In this document: positions 50,332-61,192 of the stretch, in pieces
Layout: each line of letters opens with the position of its first letter
Numbering within the stretch: the stretch's first letter is position 1
Origin: Thermoplasmatales archaeon
GTDB taxonomy: Archaea; Thermoplasmatota; Thermoplasmata; Thermoplasmatales; Thermoplasmataceae
Direction: 5' to 3'
Assembly: GCA_027310185.1 (NCBI GenBank)
Contig: DAIDBH010000019.1
Span: 64,001-128,000 of the forward strand
DNA length: 64,000 nt
Translations under genes and position numbers: made by a program
The notes under the pieces: generated by a model
What the model was told of the DNA's origin: nothing
Database searches by the model: none
The model's input: the letters and a program-made list of their open reading frames with translations, nothing else

Positions 50332-51390
50332 ATGAAGAGCCTTCCGGGAAAATCAGTATATAATGGTCACCTACCTCTGGGTTGCACCATGTGTGCAAAA
50401 GGGGCAAAAATGGTACTTTTCGTATCAGGGATATGCGATGCGAAATGTTTCTACTGCCCATTATCAGAGCAAAAGAAGATGAATGACGTTATGTTTGCCG
50501 ACGAAATGCCACTTGCAAACATGAAAGATGCCATTTTTGAGGCGAAGATGATCCAGGCAACAGGTACTGGGATTACTGGTGGAGATCCCCTGAAGTTCTA
50601 CGAGAGAACTGCAGAATATATTAAGATACTAAAGGAGGAATTCGGCGATTCACATCATATACACCTCTATACAATCAGTGGATCGAAGGAGGCCATAGAA
50701 ACAGTTGCAAAAGCTGGTCTTGATGAAATTAGATTTCATCCACCAGAAGAAATATGGCGCGTAATGGATCGATCAATATTCAAGGACAGAATAAAATGGT
50801 CAAGGGATATGGGCATGAACGTTGGTATTGAAGTCCCCAGTCTACCTGGAAGATTCGAGGATACAAGAGCACTCATAGATTTCAGCAGAAAGATGGACCT
50901 GGACTTCATAAATCTTAATGAACTTGAATTCTCTGAGACAAATTATGGTAACCTTCTCGGAAGGAATTATGAGATCAAGAATGATGTAGAATCTGGAGCG
51001 AAAGATTCACAGAAACTTGCAATAGATATGGTAAGGGAGAACCCCGACTTTACCGTTCATTACTGCTCAGCCTCATTCAAGGATGGGGTCCAGTTAAAGA
51101 ATAGACTGAAGAGGAGGGCAAAAAACGTTGCCAAGCCCTATGACGTGGTTACAAAGGACGGAACCATCATTAGAGGCATAATTCAGGGTGGACCTGTTGA
51201 GGAGATGGCCGAGGCACTGATGAATATTGGAATTCCGAAGACTGAAATGCAGATAAATAAGATAAAGAGAAGAGTGGAGATTGCCCCATGGATTGTTGAC
51301 GATCTTAAGGGAAAGCTTGACTATGAAATATACCAGATAGAAGAATACCCAACATGGGATGCCATAGAAGTAGAAAGGGTTAAAATATAA
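50332..51390 (+). CDS. Radical SAM protein (archaeal COG2108-like)
   Basis: CDAKCFYC, ITGGDP, LDEIRFH and N-terminal GCxxC. Confidence 0.88.
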   Translation: MKSLPGKSVYNGHLPLGCTMCAKGAKMVLFVSGICDAKCFYCPLSEQKKMNDVMFADEMPLANMKDAIFEAKMIQATGTGITGGDPLKFYERTAEYIKILKEEFGDSHHIHLYTISGSKEAIETVAKAGLDEIRFHPPEEIWRVMDRSIFKDRIKWSRDMGMNVGIEVPSLPGRFEDTRALIDFSRKMDLDFINLNELEFSETNYGNLLGRNYEIKNDVESGAKDSQKLAIDMVRENPDFTVHYCSASFKDGVQLKNRLKRRAKNVAKPYDVVTKDGTIIRGIIQGGPVEEMAEALMNIGIPKTEMQINKIKRRVEIAPWIVDDLKGKLDYEIYQIEEYPTWDAIEVERVKI

Positions 51391-51410
51391 TTTTCTAAAC
51401 TTGGTTAAAT

Positions 51411-52058
51411 TCAACCTGCAAGTTCTATTTTATTTATTTTTCTGTAAGCCTGGGAGCCGTCTTCCACATCTTCAAACTCCTCAATTTTTAGCATTTTATT
51501 CTTATAGCCAACAACAAGAGATTCATACTCTCCCCCCTCTCCGGCCATGTTAATTCCCAATCTGGTTTTGAGTCCCTTGAATTCTGATATCATCTTCTCA
51601 TCAATCTGTCTACCAAGAAGTTCCTTCTCTAGTCCCTCCGCTGACACACTCACAATTATGGGTTTTATTCCAGACAAAATGACAGTTCTTAACTCCTTTT
51701 CCTGATCCATGAGCCATAATGGAGAATAGGATAAAAGACCATTTTCCGTGCAGAATCTTTCTATTCGTGTCTTCTGGAAGTTGGAGGCTATGGCCCCACT
51801 AATTATGGCTTCAGCATTTAATTTCTTGGTCAAGTTCAACAAATCAGTGAAAAAATTGTTTTCCCATATAAACACCGTATCAAGCCCAATTAGATTTGCC
51901 ACATATCTGGCAATTTTATAGTTTGGTACATGAAACATTTCAGAATACTTTTCAGGTTCAACAGTTACACAGGTCACAACTTCAAGTCCCTGTTCCTGTG
52001 CTATAATTGTTGAAAGAAATGAATCCTTTCCACCTGACAGTAAGGAGATCGCTCTCAT
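51411..52058 (-). CDS. Diphthine-ammonia ligase (Dph6, PP-loop ATPase)
   Basis: [28 protein letters not shown]. Confidence 0.88.
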   Translation of the reverse strand: MRAISLLSGGKDSFLSTIIAQEQGLEVVTCVTVEPEKYSEMFHVPNYKIARYVANLIGLDTVFIWENNFFTDLLNLTKKLNAEAIISGAIASNFQKTRIERFCTENGLLSYSPLWLMDQEKELRTVILSGIKPIIVSVSAEGLEKELLGRQIDEKMISEFKGLKTRLGINMAGEGGEYESLVVGYKNKMLKIEEFEDVEDGSQAYRKINKIELAG

Positions 52059-52101
52059 ATTAAACTTAAATATCATTCTCATATATCATATTGGTGAGAA
52101 A

Positions 52102-52575
52102 ATGGTAGTAAAAGTTGGAGATATGGCACCAGATTTCGAATTGCCCGATACAAAAAATAAGGTAAGGAAGTTATCAGAATTCAGGGGAGGAAATGTTGTA
52201 CTGGCATTTTTCCCGGGGGCCTTTACAGGTGTATGTACAAAGGAAATGTGCTCATTCAGGGACTCCATGGCAGCTTTCAATGATATGAAGGCTAAGGTTC
52301 TTGGTATAAGCGTTGATACGCCCTTTTCGCTTGCAAAATTTGCAGAAGTAAACAATTTGAATTTCGATCTTCTGAGTGATCATGGAAAGCATGTAATTAC
52401 TGAATATGGAATCGTCCACAAGAACTTTATAGGACTTCCAAAGCTTGACGTTTCAAAGAGATCTGTGTTCATAGTAGACAAGACTGGAAAGGTAGCATAC
52501 GCATGGGTTTCAGAAGATCCTGGAAAGGAACCAGATTACCAGGCAATCAAGGACAAATTAAAAACAATGAACTAA
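52102..52575 (+). CDS. Peroxiredoxin (BCP/PrxQ-like)
   Basis: [26 protein letters not shown]. Confidence 0.92.
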   Translation: MVVKVGDMAPDFELPDTKNKVRKLSEFRGGNVVLAFFPGAFTGVCTKEMCSFRDSMAAFNDMKAKVLGISVDTPFSLAKFAEVNNLNFDLLSDHGKHVITEYGIVHKNFIGLPKLDVSKRSVFIVDKTGKVAYAWVSEDPGKEPDYQAIKDKLKTMN

Positions 52576-52938
52576 TTTTTATTTTCTTCATTAATGTAGA
52601 CAAATATTTTATAATTAGGTATCAGACTTAAGAAATATCAACAGGAAACATTCTAGCAAGAAGTAGTGGATGTAAGTTGACCATACCTTTCCTTTCAACC
52701 TCCTTATTTTATTCTTCAACTAAAGTTGAAGGTGCAATAGCAAAATCTTTAACTGGGTTATTCTAATGGTATCATTCAGGATAGGTCATTCTAATCAAGG
52801 AGAATTGAGTATTTGTGGAATCTGAATATTTATTTAATTTTGTAATTTACTTTGAATCATTGAGATGTATAATTTCATCTAAAGAAAAAGAAATTAAAAC
52901 TTTTTTCTATTATTAAAATGTAAGAAAATATAGAAATT

Positions 52939-55900
52939 TTAGGGTTTGTCTGATAATTTTGATGGCCACCAGTTGTACTTTTTAATAATGGTCATTATTG
53001 CTGGAATGAAGAATGGCCAGCTTATGAATGTGTCTATCAGAACTCCAAGTCCCACACCTATACCTATCTCCTGTACGAGAGGAATTGCGCTGAAATACAG
53101 TGCAGCAAATGTCACAAACAGTAGAGTACCAAGGAGCATTATGACACTTCCATTTTCTGTTACGCTCGTGACTACGGCATCCCTTAGTCCGGAACCCTTC
53201 ATAACTTCTTCTCTTACTCTCGTTATCATGAAAATATCATAATCAAGTCCAACAGCAAGCAATGTTATAAAGACGAACACAGGCATAAATATGACAACTG
53301 GGAATCCCTGGAGATAGTGGAAAATAATATAAGAGACAGAAAGAGAAGCAAGAACGACTGCCATGACCATTATTATGAGTCTGAGTGGCGTAAGAACTGA
53401 GGAAAGTTGGATTAGGAGGATTATGAATATTGTTATTGCAAGAATCGGAAGGATTTCTGCAAACGAGGCTTGAGTTGTGTGTAAGGCATCTGATAAACTC
53501 TGTGTCAAGCCACCAACAGCTACACCGTAGGTTGACTTTGCGTTCGGAACAGCCCTTATGTTTCCATAAAGATTTGTCACAGTCGTGATTGCCTTATCAC
53601 CCCATCCTATGTTATAAGTCTGGAATACTATCTCTACGTAATTTGGGTTCGTAGTGCTTATGAAGGTATTGGTCTGGTTAACATAGATGGCAGCTGCTGC
53701 AGATGGAACATTGGATGGTATGTAACCGGTGTAATATCCATATGGCCTACCCGGGCCAAGTACTTCAGAAACACCTTTTGTATTTATGGTTGCGTTTTCT
53801 ATCTGAAGAACGGTTGACATTTCCGCACTATTAACCACCCCGTTAGACACTAAGGGTTGTGGGAGCTGAACTATTTCAAAGTCCCTATCAAAGAAATCAC
53901 CATTGAAACTATCATTGACGACCTGGATAGCGGATGTTGCAGGACTCTGTGGTAATAATTTCAGTATATCAATTCCCGAAGGTGTAACTTCATAAACTGT
54001 CAAACCAACAATTGATACCACTACGAAAATCGCCACCATTGTTTTGATGTATTTCGTTGAGAACAGTCCTATGGCATGGAGATGCTTATGGCTTCCTTCA
54101 TGAAATTCTCCAGTAGCGGTTTTCCTGAATATTTTAGTTCCGTATCTGTGAAGTATGGAAAGAAGGAGAGTGTTGGCTACCAGGAGAGTAATTGATACCC
54201 CTATTGCATTTGCAAAGCCAGAGTCACTGAAAAATGGAATATTTGCAAGCCAGAGAACAACCTCAGATAGTATCACTGTAAGACCAGACGTGAAAACGGC
54301 GTGACCAGCCCATCTTGCGGACATAACCGTTGGCCTCTCTGTTTTCTTTCGGAGTTCTGATCTGTACCTGGCCATAATATAGACCGTATAGTCGCTACTG
54401 AGTCCGAGTATGAAGATCAATAGCAAAGTTGGAGTTATGAAAGATGCTTCTGTGTGCAAAACGTATGTATAAAGATATCCTACAATCCCGAGAGATACTA
54501 TGGTTGACACCATGAACATGAGGATAGGAATAAAAGCTGCCTTTACGGACCGGAAGAATAGTCCAACTATAACAATTGAAATAAGTATTCCAGCACCAAG
54601 TGCTTTAATAAGACCTGACGTAACCTCTCCAGATAACTGACTTGCAAGTTCATTTGATCCTGCAACAAGAAACTTACTTCCCTTATATAGAGACGTAGCA
54701 TTGTTTGCAATTGACTGAATTCTGTCTCCAACCTGTGCCGAATAATTCCCCCGGAATGTGTAGATGAATATGGATGTACTGTGATTATAGCCTACAAAAT
54801 TGTGGTAAAGGTATGGAGTGGGAACCAGTGGCATATCCTGCAGTGGGTAGTTAGACATAAACTCGTTCACAACTTTGGATACAGATGATGAATTCCTGGC
54901 TGAACTTAGATATGTTGGAAGGAATTGTGCGTTTGCCTCAAATAGTGGGTTGCCTGCAAAATCTTTCATTGTAGATCTAACTGACAGTAGAGTTGATAAC
55001 GAATCAAGCTGGAGATCAGTTGCTGGCTGGCTCAAATTATATGAAAGACTGGCAAACTGAACCATGGAAGTGTTATCGGTTGAAACAATCAGGGTCCTTA
55101 TGCTGGAAAAGGATGCCCCTGATTCCTCTTCAAGAAGCTGAATGGAAAGGTTTACGTTTTCCTGCAGACTATCTGTTAAATATGAGCTCAGGTTCTGGTG
55201 GAGAATTAAAAATTGACCAATGGGGTAAAGCCCATATTCTTTGAATGATGTATTGAAAGAGTTATCTTCCAAACTAAACTTTGAACCATTCTGTACTATG
55301 CCAACAAAATGAATTATGTTCTTTATACTTAGGGTTTGATTCACGTAATCGGAAAAGAGCCCTGTATATGTGCGCTGTAAATCATAGACTGGACTTCCCG
55401 ACGGTAGGTCATGGATTACCTCCTCATAGGCGGCTGACTCTGACTCACTTATATTTTTATAAATACTGTAATACTTCTCAAATGAGAGATAATAGATCTC
55501 TTCTGGACCCAGGAAAACAGGATTTGTATGGTTAACTCCAGATTCAACCAGATTCATTGTTTTGGTTATATTATAGTTTGCCGACATCAATTTAAGCATT
55601 CCATCAGTATAGTTCTGTAGTGTATCCTTTTCGGTAACAACAATATTTTCCGTTCCAGTATAATTCTTGATCGTTTTCAGGTATTTATTCATCTCACTTT
55701 GAAAACTTATAAGTGCATTCATTCCCTGAGAGGTTGTTGTTGTAATGTTCTGAGAAACTATTATTAACTCAGACGTGTTTGTTGCCTGACCGGCGGCTGA
55801 TGGATTGAAATACTTAGATACTTCGGAGGTAGCATTACCTGACATTGTTTTACTGGAGCCAAACCCACTAGTGATGTCAAAGCTCGTGTGTGAAAATACC

Positions 55901-56010
55901 AGTAGTGCACCGTAACCCATCAAAACGATCAACACTATCCAGATAACGATTATTTTTCCGCTGTTCTTTGATACTCCTTTGCCGATCCTCTCAAAGACGG
56001 ATTCAAACAT
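52939..56010 (-). CDS. MMPL/RND family transporter
   Basis: Two TM blocks with GLSSDY and GLDYDIF motifs and large extracellular loops. Confidence 0.9.
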   Translation of the reverse strand: MFESVFERIGKGVSKNSGKIIVIWIVLIVLMGYGALLVFSHTSFDITSGFGSSKTMSGNATSEVSKYFNPSAAGQATNTSELIIVSQNITTTTSQGMNALISFQSEMNKYLKTIKNYTGTENIVVTEKDTLQNYTDGMLKLMSANYNITKTMNLVESGVNHTNPVFLGPEEIYYLSFEKYYSIYKNISESESAAYEEVIHDLPSGSPVYDLQRTYTGLFSDYVNQTLSIKNIIHFVGIVQNGSKFSLEDNSFNTSFKEYGLYPIGQFLILHQNLSSYLTDSLQENVNLSIQLLEEESGASFSSIRTLIVSTDNTSMVQFASLSYNLSQPATDLQLDSLSTLLSVRSTMKDFAGNPLFEANAQFLPTYLSSARNSSSVSKVVNEFMSNYPLQDMPLVPTPYLYHNFVGYNHSTSIFIYTFRGNYSAQVGDRIQSIANNATSLYKGSKFLVAGSNELASQLSGEVTSGLIKALGAGILISIVIVGLFFRSVKAAFIPILMFMVSTIVSLGIVGYLYTYVLHTEASFITPTLLLIFILGLSSDYTVYIMARYRSELRKKTERPTVMSARWAGHAVFTSGLTVILSEVVLWLANIPFFSDSGFANAIGVSITLLVANTLLLSILHRYGTKIFRKTATGEFHEGSHKHLHAIGLFSTKYIKTMVAIFVVVSIVGLTVYEVTPSGIDILKLLPQSPATSAIQVVNDSFNGDFFDRDFEIVQLPQPLVSNGVVNSAEMSTVLQIENATINTKGVSEVLGPGRPYGYYTGYIPSNVPSAAAAIYVNQTNTFISTTNPNYVEIVFQTYNIGWGDKAITTVTNLYGNIRAVPNAKSTYGVAVGGLTQSLSDALHTTQASFAEILPILAITIFIILLIQLSSVLTPLRLIIMVMAVVLASLSVSYIIFHYLQGFPVVIFMPVFVFITLLAVGLDYDIFMITRVREEVMKGSGLRDAVVTSVTENGSVIMLLGTLLFVTFAALYFSAIPLVQEIGIGVGLGVLIDTFISWPFFIPAIMTIIKKYNWWPSKLSDKP

Positions 56011-56208
56011 AGACCCTGATTTTATTAAGATATTAATGATTTACCAATTAAAGAAAATAATTAGGAATCAAGTACTATAATTTTACTGCCACATAAAATG
56101 CAATTGCATATTGAATATCAGTAAAGCTAAAATTTTTCCCCTAGCAATGAATTGAATCCTAAAATACATTAATAAGCATCCAATTACCAGATTGAACGCG
56201 AACAGAAA

Positions 56209-56293
56209 GCGGAGGTTGTCGAGCATGGTCAAAGGCGATGGATTCAGGGTCCATTCCTGCAGGGGTTCGCCGGTTCAAATCCGGCTCTCCGCA
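56209..56293 (+). tRNA. tRNA-Leu (CAG), CCA not encoded
   Basis: GCGGAGG/TCTCCGC acceptor, anticodon arm ATGGA-TTCAGGG-TCCAT, variable arm, GGTTCAAATCC. Confidence 0.95.
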
Positions 56294-56350
56294 TCGTATT
56301 ATTTTTAATCGCGAGATGAAAATTGTGTAAATATCAGGTTCATTTTGACA

Positions 56351-59300
56351 TTACCAATCTCGGAAGGAATCCTTTAATTGCCTTCTCCGTCTTCTTCCTC
56401 TGACGTAAGAAATCATTGCATAAATGTAGAATAAAATTCCCATGTAGATCAGTATATTTAAGAAAAGGTATACAGGGGATTCATATGAAATGGTTCTCAC
56501 GTTTGAGTTTACAGTCGCACCCCCATCCAGTACCGCTATAACCTTGAAATAATACATTGAATCAGGATAAATCCCGTTGACAAATGCAATATCATTTGAA
56601 TGTGCCCCTATCCTCACCCTGTTCCAATTTGCCTGATTTGATGTTCTGTATTCTACAAGGTAGTAAGAAACGGTCGAGGATGAAAAAGAGATAGACCATG
56701 ATATAAATGAAGTGAAGAAAAATAATGGGATTAACCTGTCAATAGAGATTGACAGGACGGATTCAAGCAGGGAACTTATATTTGGTTGAAGTAGTATTAG
56801 CTGGCCAGTCTGATTCTGTTCCATAGTATAATTTGTTTTTGTAGTGTAAAAATATGTTGCCCCTGATGTTACGTGATCCTTTCCAGACGGTAGCCAGATA
56901 GAAAAATAACCAAAATTATCGGAAAAAGCACTGATATTGCCGTAAGATATTTTTGCTGATGAGATCGGTATTACGATGCTGTATTCTGCATCATAATAAC
57001 CGTTTGCAACTGATCCATTGAGGTAGTAACCCTTTCCAATTCCAGCAAGTGAATAGGGGAGATAGGTTACATTTACACCAGGTTTTAATATCAGGGAACC
57101 TGACGTGCCCTTGAAATTTTTGTTATCCGAACTCAGAGTAAAATTAACAAACTGTGGAATGACAGAATAAACTATTATACCATCGTGATCTGATATTTCT
57201 GTACCGTTTGAAAGCTTCAATTCTGATCCAACCGGTGAAATATCAAAGGAGAGATTGACAGGAATTTCGCTTTCTTTTATCATAAGATCTGTATTTACAA
57301 AATGAAATATATCCGTTCTGAAGCCCATCGAACTGGTAGTTAAATTTGTACAGGAACCCAGGGAGGAAAATCCAGTATTATCGTTTAACATAAGAACAGA
57401 TGTATAGTCAACTATTGATGTAAAATTGCTGCTGTAGTTGGAATCGGCAGGGTAAGAGAAATATAAATATATGGAATTTACAGTTGGTACATCTATATAA
57501 AATTCGAATACTGTTTTTAGTTGATGATATAACCTTATCCTCAAGGTTTCTCCTGAATTCACCTGAATGCTTCTTGAATTTTCAATTTTACCATTAATAG
57601 TTACAGTATCACCTCCGGCATTTGATATATATAGATACATGGGGCTAGACTGGTTTAACTGTATTGGAGGGTAAAAGCCTGAACTTTTCTGGAACGAACC
57701 TGAAGGATGTGTTATGTTGTAACTGAATCCCATTGAATTGCTACTATTTTTAATCTGTATTGTAGAACATGCTGATTCATTGAATGGATAAATTGGGGTG
57801 CCTGAAACAGGGGCACTTTCTGATGAAAAACCATTGTTGAATACGGTACCTGATACTGAAGCACTTCCTCCGGTGAAAGGCATCCCATCTCCACTGCTGA
57901 CCACAAAGATAAAACTGGCATTGGTTCCATAAATAAACTGGGGAAAAATCTGTAACTCCTTTGTGGTATTACCGACTGTGATTACCAGTTTATCCACATT
58001 GAATTCAATTACAACTTTCTTGGTCAATATTTTTCCTGTACTTATTCCTCTCCGATAAACATAATTTCCGGCTTTGAAGATCTCGTAAAATGAAATACCA
58101 TCCTGGCAAATTCCAGCCTTGATATTGGAAATCTGGGAACCTAAGGTCAGTCCTGCGAAGGAATTATAAGAATTATCTGTAGTGGTAAAGGGCGTCAATG
58201 AAACGTTTGCCTCAAAATGAAAAGAGGATGTGTTGAGCTGACTGTAGGTAACACTGTATCCATAAGATGAATAGATCCGTGATATGTCTTTTGCAAGTAA
58301 TCCAGCATTAATTGATCCTAGGCCTGTTACCGGGTTCCAACCATATGTTGCAGTATAATACCCATTGCTCCCACCAATGACTGGAACTATTGCCTTTCCA
58401 TACTGGTTCGTTCGTGAAAGGTTATAAAGAACAGGATTTATGAATCCCAATTTTCCATGCAATGATTGGTCGATTAAAATGAAGGAACCTGCTGTTATAG
58501 GTGTTGCAAGACTTGTCCCACCAAGTGTTATTGCATTTCCCCTCGAAAAAACTGTAACGCCCCCATCATCTGGATTTGCCACAGCAGAAATATCTGGCAC
58601 CCCTAGAGATTGTCCATGAAATCCAGTAGCATTCTGATATGATGGTGCTGAAAATGCTGTACTGTATCCCCCACCACTTCCGCTCCATGATGTCTGTGTG
58701 TATTTCCCATTTGCATAGTTCAGCGTTGTACCACCAACTGAGGTAACGTATGGATCACCTGCTGGAAAATTAACAGTTAAGGCTTTGGTTGCATCATAAG
58801 CCCCCTGATCACCAGACGCTGCAAATATATGGATATCCTTTTTATTGGCGTCAAGGAAAGCCTGATTATAATCATATATCAGTCCATTTGAAAGAGAGGA
58901 CTCTGCTATACCCCAACTCATGCTGAGTCCGTTGACGTTACTGAGATTATTAATGGTATCATTCACACCACCCTGGAGATAACCAACTTCTGCATTTGGT
59001 ACTATTACAAGATCTATATGAGCCCTTGGAGCTATTGCATGGAACCATTCAACATCAGTTGCAGTTTCAAGTGACCAGCTGGAATTCAGGTTCTTCGGGG
59101 CACCATAGGGATAATAGAAGGATATGTTGGCAGAAGGCAGATTATATAGTGAATCGAAGGACTGAAGGTCATAGTTTATGGATGGGTCTCCAAAAGCATC
59201 TATTATTGCAATTGTGAAACCCTGGCCACAGGTATTGTTTTTGTAAAAACCTGTTAGGTTATATGCATGTCTTATCTGGGAAACATTATATGGGAATCCC

Positions 59301-59518
59301 TGACCCAGTAATTCTGGTTTCTGTTTCATGACAGCGAGTTGTGGTGAAGCGTCGACATTCCACGCAAGACCACTATGACTTATGTTAGTTGTATTTGTAA
59401 GGTCAGCGTAATCATTCCCGATTTTATTTTCATGGGAAGAGCTTATTGAAGAAAGATATGTAAATCCTGAAGCAATCATCAGGAATATTATGGCTATGAC
59501 AATTAATTTCTTGAACAT
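56351..59518 (-). CDS. Membrane-anchored S53 (sedolisin-like) peptidase with C-terminal beta/FN3-like domains
   Basis: ETATD (Glu/Asp), AASGD, GGTSLATP (Ser), signal peptide and C-terminal TM plus basic tail. Confidence 0.9.
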   Translation of the reverse strand: MFKKLIVIAIIFLMIASGFTYLSSISSSHENKIGNDYADLTNTTNISHSGLAWNVDASPQLAVMKQKPELLGQGFPYNVSQIRHAYNLTGFYKNNTCGQGFTIAIIDAFGDPSINYDLQSFDSLYNLPSANISFYYPYGAPKNLNSSWSLETATDVEWFHAIAPRAHIDLVIVPNAEVGYLQGGVNDTINNLSNVNGLSMSWGIAESSLSNGLIYDYNQAFLDANKKDIHIFAASGDQGAYDATKALTVNFPAGDPYVTSVGGTTLNYANGKYTQTSWSGSGGGYSTAFSAPSYQNATGFHGQSLGVPDISAVANPDDGGVTVFSRGNAITLGGTSLATPITAGSFILIDQSLHGKLGFINPVLYNLSRTNQYGKAIVPVIGGSNGYYTATYGWNPVTGLGSINAGLLAKDISRIYSSYGYSVTYSQLNTSSFHFEANVSLTPFTTTDNSYNSFAGLTLGSQISNIKAGICQDGISFYEIFKAGNYVYRRGISTGKILTKKVVIEFNVDKLVITVGNTTKELQIFPQFIYGTNASFIFVVSSGDGMPFTGGSASVSGTVFNNGFSSESAPVSGTPIYPFNESACSTIQIKNSSNSMGFSYNITHPSGSFQKSSGFYPPIQLNQSSPMYLYISNAGGDTVTINGKIENSRSIQVNSGETLRIRLYHQLKTVFEFYIDVPTVNSIYLYFSYPADSNYSSNFTSIVDYTSVLMLNDNTGFSSLGSCTNLTTSSMGFRTDIFHFVNTDLMIKESEIPVNLSFDISPVGSELKLSNGTEISDHDGIIVYSVIPQFVNFTLSSDNKNFKGTSGSLILKPGVNVTYLPYSLAGIGKGYYLNGSVANGYYDAEYSIVIPISSAKISYGNISAFSDNFGYFSIWLPSGKDHVTSGATYFYTTKTNYTMEQNQTGQLILLQPNISSLLESVLSISIDRLIPLFFFTSFISWSISFSSSTVSYYLVEYRTSNQANWNRVRIGAHSNDIAFVNGIYPDSMYYFKVIAVLDGGATVNSNVRTISYESPVYLFLNILIYMGILFYIYAMISYVRGRRRRRQLKDSFRDW

Positions 59519-59568
59519 GATTTTTCCGTATTGGAAATTTTATTAATATATGTATCACTTTCTGTATA

Positions 59569-60699
59569 TTGGACGAAAAAAAATTCTTGGTTGAGAAATT
59601 CAGGAAATATTATTATGCGAATAAACAGGTATATACTGAACGGTTAAATAGTAGAGAAATTGGATTTATCCCATTCGAAGGAACAATGATCAGACATAGA
59701 AAGGTCGAGAATGAACAGGATTTACAGTATTTTCTTATGGATAATGTCCCCCGGCATCTATATCACTCCGTTGCATACTATAAGTATCCTGACAAAAGAT
59801 CAATGCAAGAAAAGGACTGGAATGGGGCAGAGTATGTATTTGATCTTGATGCCGATCATATTCCAGGTGCAGATAAAATGACATATGAACAGATACTCAC
59901 GGAAGTTAAATCCCATACAATGAGGCTACTGAATAAATTCCTTCTTGGGTATCTAGAGCTGGATCCCGATAACCTGAATCTTTATTTTTCAGGAGCAAGG
60001 GGATATCATATCCATATTAAAAGTGATAAAATTTACGAGATGAATTCAGATCAGAGGAGAGAAATTTCAAACCTGGTTAGAGGTGAGGGGATATCCACCA
60101 AATCATTTCTGTCAATCGCCTCAAAATCACCCATCACAGGAAAAGGATGGATCTCGGATATTAACAGAGAGTTGATAGACACCATAAGGAAAATTGACAA
60201 TCATGAAAAGACGGAATACCTGGATAATGCAGGGGAGGATAAAATAAGAGAATTACTTGATAGGCCAATATCCACAAAAGATAGGAGGAAATACAGGCAG
60301 ATCCTAGTGGAACAGGGAGTTGAAAAATACAGTAGTACCAACATAAAGATGATTGAAAACCTGCTGGATAAGATTGTAAATAATTACACCCGCAGAAATT
60401 CAGTAGAAATAGATGAGCCGGTTTCGACCGATGTTCACAGGCTTATCAGGTTTCCATATAGCCTGCATGGAAAGACTGGCCTCATGGTGAGGAAAATTGA
60501 ACTGGACGAACTTAAAACTTTCGAACCACTGATCGAAGCAGTTCCCAAGAAATTTGGCGATGAACCCATCAGGGTAAAGATGAAAAATACATTTGAAATC
60601 AATTTTAATGGTAACCACTATAAATTGGAGGGTGAAGAGACAGTTTCTTCTGATTTTGCAATATTTCTATCCCTTTCAGGTAGAGCTAATATATATTGA
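59569..60699 (+). CDS. priS: DNA primase small (catalytic) subunit
   Basis: REIGF, YHSVAYY, FDLDAD, FSGARGYH, IDEPV..D..RLIR.P.SLHGKT. Confidence 0.95.
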   Translation: MDEKKFLVEKFRKYYYANKQVYTERLNSREIGFIPFEGTMIRHRKVENEQDLQYFLMDNVPRHLYHSVAYYKYPDKRSMQEKDWNGAEYVFDLDADHIPGADKMTYEQILTEVKSHTMRLLNKFLLGYLELDPDNLNLYFSGARGYHIHIKSDKIYEMNSDQRREISNLVRGEGISTKSFLSIASKSPITGKGWISDINRELIDTIRKIDNHEKTEYLDNAGEDKIRELLDRPISTKDRRKYRQILVEQGVEKYSSTNIKMIENLLDKIVNNYTRRNSVEIDEPVSTDVHRLIRFPYSLHGKTGLMVRKIELDELKTFEPLIEAVPKKFGDEPIRVKMKNTFEINFNGNHYKLEGEETVSSDFAIFLSLSGRANIY

Positions 60700-60766
60700 T
60701 TATTATTTGATAATAAATTAAAGAAAAATAAATATACATAAAGTCAATGTAGAAAATGGTGAAAAA

Positions 60767-61192
60767 ATGGAACTAAAAAACACAAAGACTCTGGAGAATT
60801 TAAAGGCCGGTTTTGCTGGAGAGAGCCAGGCAAACAGGAGATACCTGTATTTTGCCCTTAAGGCAGATGAGGAAGGACAGCAGGAAATAGCACAGGTTTT
60901 CAGGTCAACAGCAGATGGCGAGACTGCACATGCTTTTGGTCATCTCAAATATCTGGCACTTGTAGGAGACCCAGTTACGAATGAACCAATAGGAACAACC
61001 GAACAGAACTTGAAATCAGCCATAGCTGGGGAAACATATGAATACAGCCAAATGTACCCAGGATTCGCAAAGGATGCAAGAGATGAACACTTTGACGAAA
61101 TCGCTCACTGGTTTGAGATACTTTCTAAGGCAGAGAAGTCACACGCCACAAAGTATGAAAAGACACTTGCTGAAATGAAGAAGAACCAGTGA
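60767..61192 (+). CDS. Rubrerythrin without rubredoxin domain (erythrin/sulerythrin type)
   Basis: AGESQANRRY, ETAHA, GETYE..MYP, AEKSH. Confidence 0.93.
   Translation: MELKNTKTLENLKAGFAGESQANRRYLYFALKADEEGQQEIAQVFRSTADGETAHAFGHLKYLALVGDPVTNEPIGTTEQNLKSAIAGETYEYSQMYPGFAKDARDEHFDEIAHWFEILSKAEKSHATKYEKTLAEMKKNQ

Noticed and set aside
36290-56293. The two similar tRNA-Leu genes as attL/attR of an integrated element
   Set aside because: Both are complete tRNAs with different anticodons, there is no integrase, and housekeeping genes (purB, Dph6) lie between them.
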